From the NCBI GenBank assembly GCA_001179505.1, contig CDMY01001032.1, forward strand, positions 1-5,702: a stretch of DNA of 5,702 bases, read 5' to 3'. The DNA is from Vitrella brassicaformis CCMP3155 (taxonomy: Eukaryota; Protista; Chromerida). The notes beneath the pieces were generated by a model. It was not told the DNA's origin and made no database searches. It saw only the letters and a list, made by a program, of their open reading frames with translations. Shown here in pieces: positions 1 through 5,702 of the stretch. Both the position numbers and the translations under genes were made by a program. Each line of letters starts with the position of its first letter. Within the stretch, counting starts at the first letter, position 1.

Positions 1-540
1 CACAGCACAGGAAAGACGCTGACTTAAGACAAGGAGAAGAGGCCAGAAGAACGAGAGAGGAGAAGGCGAAGTGATCCTCCTTCAACAGGGCATTTCACGA
101 TATGCACGGCTCTCGCTCCTGACAGGCTCCTCAAACCCCCCCTCAACAGTACACTAAGTTTCATGGATGTAGTCAAATTATGATTTGACCCTCCTTCAAA
201 AGACGATCACGGATGAAAAGCAGAGGGTGCAGTGAAAAAGTTCAAACCACGCTCATACGCGGCCTGAGAGAAACGACTGTGAATGCAGAACTGGAGGGCG
301 GTGAAAGAGAGAAAAAACAAAGCACTCTTCTTGCTACGCTGTTAACGCGACCGTACCCGTGAAAGCAGCACTCTTGAGAGTCGCGATAGGCAACTTGAGA
401 CCATCGGAATACCTAAAGCACTCAGTAATACATATGCCCTATCACATGATGTCGAGAGCCAGAAAAGGAAGTACGTCTGGATGAATAAGAGAAGGCCTCT
501 GTAACGCGCGCGTACCTCCGCGTATCATAAGACAGGGAAG

Positions 541-577
541 CAGGGTACGAAGCAGGGTACAAGTCAGGTCACGAAAG
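541..577. repeat. Imperfect ~12-bp tandem repeat, 3 units (cagggtacgaag / cagggtacaagt / caggtcacgaaag)
   Basis: Read directly: units at 541-552, 553-564 and 565-577, preceded by a partial acagggaag at 532-540. Confidence 0.7.
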
Positions 578-1186
578 CTGCGAACACACGCAGGCAGGCA
601 GGAAGAGCACGCAGAGGTGAGCGCGGGCCGCCGGACTCGAGCTCCCGTCCTCATTCACAGGCACACGTGCACCCCACATGTGCCTCACACTCCTCCGGCA
701 AGCAGCCAGGAGAGCAGGAAGCCACCATACGACCCGTGCAGACGGAGAGGAGGCAGTGCGGCGGACCTTTGTAGACGTGTAGAGAGAGATCGATGACCAG
801 ACAGCGGGCAGGCAGGCCTACGGGCAGCATGACGGAACCCCAACGGGAGCAGCAGGGGGAAGGTGCGAGCTAGGGTGGCCGTAGACCGATATGGCCAGGA
901 GGGCAGCCAAGAGAGACATGCAGTACGCTGCTCCACGAGGCCCGAAGGAGGGCATACAGGCAGATGGACAGGTGAGCCGTATCCCACAAGGCCCACAGAG
1001 GGCGGGCAGACGCCCCAGCGTAAGATGAGCCCAACGGCCGAGCTGCAGTGCGGCATCACCACATCCAGAAGCGACGATTCGGACACCCCAAGGGCGTCCA
1101 TCCACAGAGGCAGACAGCAGGGACGAGACAGTCATCATCCAAACACGGACCGATGAACCCCATCCCATGAGTACACCACCGTCAGC

Positions 1187-1538
1187 ATGATGTCAGCCGA
1201 GCCCCCGTTGACGGAGGCAGAGAGAGGCGCAAGGATGGTCCCAGCAAGTGACGCATCCGTGTACGCCCCATTCAAAGCAGCAGGAACATGACCTCCATCC
1301 GTACGAACATGCGGAGCTTCAGAACACAGCAGTAAGAGAGAATCCACGAACCAAGACACAGCATGATGTCAGCCGAGCCCCCGTTGACGGAGGCAGAGAG
1401 AGGCGCAGGGACGGTCCCAGCAAGTGACGCATCCATGTACGCCCCATTCAAAGCAGCAGGAACAGGGCCTCCATCCGTACGAACATTCAGAGCTCCACAA
1501 CACAGCAGCAAGAGAGATTCCACGAACCAAGACACAGC
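1187..1538. repeat. 176-bp tandem duplication, two units (1187-1362, 1363-1538)
   Basis: Manual alignment gives 11 substitutions (7 transitions, 4 transversions) and no indels over 176 bp, about 94% identity. The first 45 nt are identical. The unit length is not a multiple of 3. CAGCA occurs at all three boundaries (1183-1187, 1359-1363, 1535-1539). Confidence 0.95.
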
Positions 1539-1966
1539 AGCGGCTGGCAGCATCCAACGCCAGAGGCGCCGGGAGAGGGCAAGGCAGCCCAGAGCAGGTG
1601 TATGAAGTGTCGGCCGTGTGGCCCGACGTGTGTGAAAGGCCGCCAGAGCCACGGATCTTCAGATCTTCAGTGCACGGGTAGCCGGCCGAGAGAGAGATCT
1701 GTCGTCAAAAGGCACCTTCCGCGCCGGCAGCACAGGGCCGGCGCGTGTCGACAGGGGCAGGAACGATTGCCTTGCGTGTCGGGAAGGTCACACATGGCGC
1801 AGATCTCCAGGTCAGCCGGGCCCGAGAGCCGCAAGACGAAGAGAGCCGACGAAAACAGGCAAGGACATTCCATGCAGGTACGAATCAGTGTCGGGAAGAC
1901 AGTCAGGGTCACGAAGGGTCCATTCGCCGGGCCAGGTCACATGAAGATGCCATCATGACCATGGAA

Positions 1967-1999
1967 TGGTGTGGTGTGTGGTGTGTGGGTGTGGTGTGT
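1967..1999. repeat. GT/GGT-rich low-complexity tract
   Basis: tggtgtggtgtgtggtgtgtgggtgtggtgtgt, followed by AG on the + strand. On the - strand it is a CA-rich tract about 50 nt downstream of a CAG|GTCAGT donor-like site (GT at 2048-2047). Confidence 0.85.
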
Positions 2000-2375
2000 A
2001 GATCTGGCCCCTGCCTGCATCCTATCTTTGTGTAGGTAGCAGACTGACCTGTCGCCGGTCACGGGGAACGCGACACCGATGGATAACCCTGGCAACCATG
2101 CCGAAAGAGGAGATGTCCCAGGTCGATGCAAGGGAGCGCTCCTATCACATCCGCCAGAGGGCGGGAGAACCACATCTGCCGACGAAACGACGGCAGGAGA
2201 AGGGAGGAAATTGAATCGCAAAGGAGGGAGAAAGGTCTGTGCCGAGTTCTGCGAGTTCAATTCCGAGTTCCCAAGATCTTGGCTAGTTTGACTACGCTAG
2301 CTGAGACGGCTAGCTTGACATGGGGGAAATGGGGGCAATACATGCGTGAAGACTGCAAAAGGGAACAATGAGCTG

Positions 2376-2782
2376 ATGATCTATCTACGCTCTGCGAAGC
2401 CCTGTGGTGGCTTCGGCCAGTCAGAAATCGCACACGATGTACAGGTGGGAGGGAGAGTCACGTGTTGGCTTGTCCTCCTTCTCTCTCCCATCAGATGAGC
2501 TCCGTCAATGGCATACACACAGCTGGTCAGGTAATCACTTGTCACTGAGTCGTCATGCTATGAGGATGAGGCGGCGGGTGGCACTTGGCTGGGAGATACA
2601 CTCGAGGCGAGAAGCGGCAAGAAGCGGCCTTGGCGTCCGGCATGCACACGAGTTGCCGGGGTGTGTGTCGGTCTGTCTGTCCGTCTGTCTGTCTGTCTCT
2701 GTCTCTCTGTCTGCAGGACGACCCGTGCCTCGTCTCCTCGGCCGCTGGCGGGCGACTCGGAGCCGGAGCCCTTGCGGGTTAG
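2376..2782 (+). CDS. Tentative 3-exon small gene (exons 2376-2444, 2495-2530, 2717-2782; 56 aa, unknown product), or a non-coding/UTR spliced segment
   Basis: Two strong acceptor-like sites: tgtcctccttctctctcccatcAG (AG 2493-2494) and (gtct)n-ctgcAG (AG 2715-2716). Plausible donors are CAG|GTGGGA (2445) and CAG|GTAATC (2531). Phase-0 splicing gives MIYLRSAKPCGGFGQSEIAHDVQ-MSSVNGIHTAGQ-DDPCLVSSAAGGRLGAGALAG*. I recognise no homology, and the reading frame is uncertain. The same model repeats at +1051. Confidence 0.25.
2670..2713. repeat. (GTCT)n/(CT)n microsatellite, probably an intron 3' pyrimidine tract
   Basis: ggtctgtctgtccgtctgtctgtctgtctctgtctctctgtctg, immediately followed by CAG (2714-2716). 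Confidence 0.85.
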
Positions 2783-3094
2783 AGAGGACAGGCCATGATG
2801 GGTCCGCCGCACAACACCTCCAAAGGAAACAGCTCTGCTTATCCGCATCTTTCGTACACTTTTGGTACTTCTTATTGCGTAGAGGACCGAATATACCAAC
2901 CATATACATACATACCAATTGACGACGAACGCACATTTAGTGAGGCGAAAAAGGGATATCCTATGTGAAGCAAGAAAGCACAAAAAGAACGTAACACCAT
3001 ACCAGCATGTGCACTATGCGATAGAGAAAGGAGGTCAGAAACTGACAGTAAAAAAGTATATAAGAAAACGGCACTACAAAAAAGGTCCACTACG

Positions 3095-3394
3095 NNNNNN
3101 NNNNNNNNNNNNNNNNNNNNNNNNNNNNNNNNNNNNNNNNNNNNNNNNNNNNNNNNNNNNNNNNNNNNNNNNNNNNNNNNNNNNNNNNNNNNNNNNNNNN
3201 NNNNNNNNNNNNNNNNNNNNNNNNNNNNNNNNNNNNNNNNNNNNNNNNNNNNNNNNNNNNNNNNNNNNNNNNNNNNNNNNNNNNNNNNNNNNNNNNNNNN
3301 NNNNNNNNNNNNNNNNNNNNNNNNNNNNNNNNNNNNNNNNNNNNNNNNNNNNNNNNNNNNNNNNNNNNNNNNNNNNNNNNNNNNNNNNNNNNNN
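3095..3394. other. Assembly gap, exactly 300 N
   Basis: N run of the same length as the second gap, which suggests a placeholder size. Confidence 0.99.
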
Positions 3395-4145
3395 GCGTGA
3401 AGACTGCAAAAGGGAACAATGAGCTGATGATCTATCTACGCTCTGCGAAGCCCTGTGGTGGCTTCGGCCAGTCAGAAATCGCACACGATGTACAGGTGGG
3501 AGGGAGAGTCACGTGTTGGCTTGTCCTCCTTCTCTCTCCCATCAGATGAGCTCCGTCAATGGCATACACACAGCTGGTCAGGTAATCACTTGTCACTGAG
3601 TCGTCATGCTATGAGGATGAGGCGGCGGGTGGCACTTGGCTGGGAGATACACTCGAGGCGAGAAGCGGCAAGAAGCGGCCTTGGCGTCCGGCATGCACAC
3701 GAGTTGCCGGGGTGTGTGTCGGTCTGTCTGTCCGTCTGTCTGTCTGTCTCTGTCTCTCTGTCTGCAGGACGACCCGTGCCTCGTCTCCTCGGCCGCTGGC
3801 GGGCGACTCGGAGCCGGAGCCCTTGCGGGTTAGAGAGGACAGGCCATGATGGGTCCGCCGCACAACACCTCCAAAGGAAACAGCTCTGCTTATCCGCATC
3901 TTTCGTACACTTTTGGTACTTCTTATTGCGTAGAGGACCGAATATACCAACCATATACATACATACCAATTGACGACGAACGCACATTTAGTGAGGCGAA
4001 AAAGGGATATCCTATGTGAAGCAAGAAAGCACAAAAAGAACGTAACACCATACCAGCATGTGCACTATGCGATAGAGAAAGGAGGTCAGAAACTGACAGT
4101 AAAAAAGTATATAAGAAAACGGCACTACAAAAAAGGTCCACTACG
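3395..4145. repeat. 751-bp direct repeat, copy 2
   Basis: Begins at the first base after the gap (gcgtgaagactgc...) and matches 2344-3094 through ...ggtccactacg. Unique sequence resumes at 4146. Confidence 0.95.
3721..3764. repeat. (GTCT)n microsatellite (duplicate of 2670-2713)
   Basis: Same tract at offset +1051. Confidence 0.85.
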
Positions 4146-4492
4146 AACCCTCCTTGCCAGACCTGCCACCATCTTGTGGCTGGGTCCTATCCCTCTACTT
4201 CTCGACAACCCAGGGCGACGGATAACACAAGAGGCATGCATCCTTCTACACCTCCCATCCCTACCCCATGAAGTACAACCGATCGACGCTACGGCTGGAC
4301 ACCCCAGATGGTAGTGGAGATGAAAACAAGGGCACCAATTATACAAAGACTCATTTAACAGCTCGGGAGATGCTGAAGCAGCACGACCTGTCCTCCACTT
4401 TGCGTCCGGGCGCCTGAAGGACGACAACATGTAGCAACCGTCGAGAACGACTGGGAACTATGTCGATAGACCACTGATCTGTGTTCATTCAC

Positions 4493-4586
4493 CTATTTTC
4501 CAGCAGTATCAGACCGGTCAATGCCGGTCACAGCACCAGCAAGCTCACGGGGCACTTCTGCATCACCCTTGTGAGCCACCGCTCCT
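4493..4586 (-). CDS. Possible C-terminal coding segment of the minus-strand secreted protein (GAVAHKGDAEVPRELAGAVTGIDRSDTAGK*)
   Basis: 30 open codons from the gap edge (4585) to TAG at 4495-4493, followed by sequence that becomes T-rich on the - strand further on, like a 3' UTR. The frame across the gap cannot be determined because the gap size is nominal. The ORF track shows a different frame (ERWLTRVMQKCPVSLLVL*). Confidence 0.25.
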
Positions 4587-4886
4587 NNNNNNNNNNNNNN
4601 NNNNNNNNNNNNNNNNNNNNNNNNNNNNNNNNNNNNNNNNNNNNNNNNNNNNNNNNNNNNNNNNNNNNNNNNNNNNNNNNNNNNNNNNNNNNNNNNNNNN
4701 NNNNNNNNNNNNNNNNNNNNNNNNNNNNNNNNNNNNNNNNNNNNNNNNNNNNNNNNNNNNNNNNNNNNNNNNNNNNNNNNNNNNNNNNNNNNNNNNNNNN
4801 NNNNNNNNNNNNNNNNNNNNNNNNNNNNNNNNNNNNNNNNNNNNNNNNNNNNNNNNNNNNNNNNNNNNNNNNNNNNNNNNNNNNNN
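4587..4886. other. Assembly gap, exactly 300 N
   Basis: N run that interrupts the minus-strand gene. Confidence 0.99.
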
Positions 4887-5058
4887 TCAGCATCCCTTCT
4901 TGGGTCCGAAAGAGTTCACGACGTGTAGGGCGGCAGCAGGCACCCGATGGTAGGCAGTAAGGAGGAGAACATCCGGAACCAGGACAAGGGACACATTGCT
5001 GCACCGACGGCTGAAGGACGGCCAGAAGAATGACGAGAGCCAAGATGAGCTTCATCAT
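4887..5058 (-). CDS. Secreted small cysteine-rich protein, N-terminal 57 aa visible (3' partial, runs into the gap)
   Basis: ATG at 5058-5056 has A at -3 (aagcATGATG). Translation is MMKLILALVILLAVLQPSVQQ-CVPCPGSGCSPPYCLPSGACC-RPTRRELFRTQEGML. It has a basic n-region, a 12-residue hydrophobic h-region, a polar c-region, then 6 Cys in 21 residues. Confidence 0.6.
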
Positions 5059-5300
5059 GCTTGCGGGTTGGATGACAGGCAATTCAAAGCTGGCAATCCA
5101 GACGAAGGAATTGTCGATCCGCGTGGAGAAGAAAGGGAGGAGGAGAGGTCCGTTAGAAGGGGAGAGAAGGACCGCCTTTCCGTGAAACCGTGCAGAAGGA
5201 CTGCTCTCGATCGGTCGGCCTTCATTCGTTCAGCTTCAAACAGCTTTCACGAGTTTCGTGTGGCGACTCTCGTGTGTGGGGGCCAGTGAGTGTCGGCGCC
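5059..5300. promoter_or_regulatory. Putative bidirectional promoter and 5' UTRs between divergent ATGs
   Basis: 242 bp between ATG 5058 (-) and ATG 5301 (+). About 5125-5170 is pyrimidine-rich on the - strand and about 5220-5260 is pyrimidine-rich on the + strand. An Inr-like TCATTC lies at 5222-5227. Confidence 0.4.
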
Positions 5301-5702
5301 ATGACGGGCGTGGCGGAAGCGGGAATCATAATCGGTGCCCTCAAGACCTCCTGGGAGTTTATCCAAGGGTAGGCGACACCTGAGCAGCCCTGGGGTGTGA
5401 ATGTGTATGTGGCGCATGCCTCTGTGCGTCTGTGCTCAGTTTTTGGACGTATCGGCGCAAGCCGGAGCAGGACAAGTGGCCACAGACTACCCTCGGAGTG
5501 CAATGGTGCATCCAGAGATGGAGCTGGCGGCGGAGACCGAGACCGGGAGATGAAGTGATATACGACCGAATTATACGGACTGCCGGCTTCACCGCGCCAG
5601 TGCACCAGGAGCGTTCGTCTGAAGATTGTCGACAAAAGGTCCCTTTTGATGGGGGTTGGGAGAACGAGGCGCTGATGAAAATGAGAGAGGGCGAAGTGAG
5701 GC
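5301..5702 (+). CDS. Spliced gene, 3' partial (exon 1 5301-5368, exon 2 5440 to at least 5695): N-terminal hydrophobic helix plus degenerate FKBP-type PPIase-like domain
   Basis: Starts gccATG. Unspliced it stops at TAG 5370-5372. Removing 5369-5439 restores an open frame to the window end: MTGVAEAGIIIGALKTSWEFIQG|FWTYRRKPEQDKWPQTTLGVQWCIQRWSWRRRPRPGDEVIYDRIIRTAGFTAPVHQERSSEDCRQKVPFDGGWENEALMKMREGEVR. TTLGVQWCI...PRPGDEV fits the FKBP pattern TxxG[LV]x[YW]xI-x8-PxxGDxV without gaps. GWENEALMKMREGEVR fits GWxExLxxMxxGExR with one extra residue. GAA|GTGAGG at 5696 may instead be the next donor. Confidence 0.7.
5369..5439 (+). other. 71-nt GT-AG spliceosomal intron (phase 2)
   Basis: GG|GTAGGC donor and a GT/CT-rich 3' end (tctgtgcgtctgtgctcAG). 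Its removal eliminates an in-frame stop and joins two open frames. Confidence 0.75.

Larger units (their letters stand above)
2344..3094. repeat. 751-bp direct repeat, copy 1 (probably a contig-overlap artefact)
   Basis: Matches 3395-4145 at an offset of 1051. ORF translations on both strands match at this offset (2404/3455, 2553/3604, 2558/3609, 2585/3636, 2872/3923). The copy ends at the last base before the N gap. Confidence 0.95.

Noticed and set aside
72-85. gatcctcctt resembles the 16S rRNA 3' anti-Shine-Dalgarno end (AAGGAGG on the - strand)
   Set aside because: The match to GATCACCTCCTT is imperfect, there is no flanking rRNA sequence, and the context is eukaryotic.
541-1538. Tandem repeats as a CRISPR-like array
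   Set aside because: There is no constant repeat separated by unique, similar-length spacers and no cas genes. The units are directly adjacent.
2253-2264. GAGTTCAATTCC resembles a Pol III B-box or tRNA T-loop
   Set aside because: The flanks cannot form a T-stem (gcgag versus ccgag), and no A-box or cloverleaf is visible upstream.
442-2371. Many overlapping 60-140 aa ORFs on both strands
   Set aside because: Several open frames overlap in GC-rich, skewed DNA. Many start at non-ATG codons, their composition mirrors the strand skew, and no domain is recognisable apart from the KOW-like motif reported above.
2919-3484. ORFs 2919-3422, 3074-3484 and 3090-3419 spanning the first gap
   Set aside because: Their length comes from translated Ns.
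2344-4145. 751-bp direct repeats as LTRs of a retroelement
   Set aside because: There are no TG...CA termini and no visible PBS, PPT, target-site duplication or gag/pol sequence. The boundaries coincide exactly with the gap edges.
3970-4314. 114-aa basic ORF (and its duplicate start at 2919) as a nucleic-acid-binding protein
   Set aside because: It starts at TTG. The Lys/Arg richness follows from the A-rich + strand, which is antisense to a T-rich putative 3' UTR. No motif is recognisable.
4481-4960. 159-aa plus-strand ORF across the second gap
   Set aside because: It is mostly Ns, starts at a non-ATG codon, and is antisense to the better-supported secreted-protein gene.
4996-5289. 97-aa acidic/basic plus-strand ORF
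   Set aside because: It starts at TTG and has no ATG. Its D/E/Q/K content is the expected antisense shadow of the hydrophobic signal-peptide codons plus the purine tract.

Overview
GC-rich eukaryotic DNA from a draft scaffold, with two 300-N placeholder gaps (3095-3394, 4587-4886). GT-AG introns with GT/CT-rich 3' ends suggest a GC-rich protist such as a Vitrella-like chromerid; this is inference only. Most ORFs in the six-frame track look like GC-rich shadow frames or N-spanning artefacts. The two best-supported genes are a head-to-head pair at the right end, 242 bp apart. On the minus strand, ATG 5058 starts a signal peptide followed by a compact 6-Cys, Pro-rich module (CX2CX4CX4CX5CC) and an RxxR/RR site; the gene runs into the second gap. 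On the plus strand, ATG 5301 starts a spliced gene that the ORF track missed (intron 5369-5439). It encodes a short hydrophobic N-terminal helix followed by a degenerate FKBP-type PPIase-like domain and runs off the window. A 751-bp apparently identical duplication (2344-3094 / 3395-4145) abuts both edges of the first gap and is most likely an unmerged contig overlap. The left 2.3 kb has no convincing ORF. It contains a 176-bp tandem duplication (about 94% identity), short repeats, motif clusters and minus-strand splice-like signals. I see no rRNA, tRNA, CRISPR array or recognisable transposon gene.
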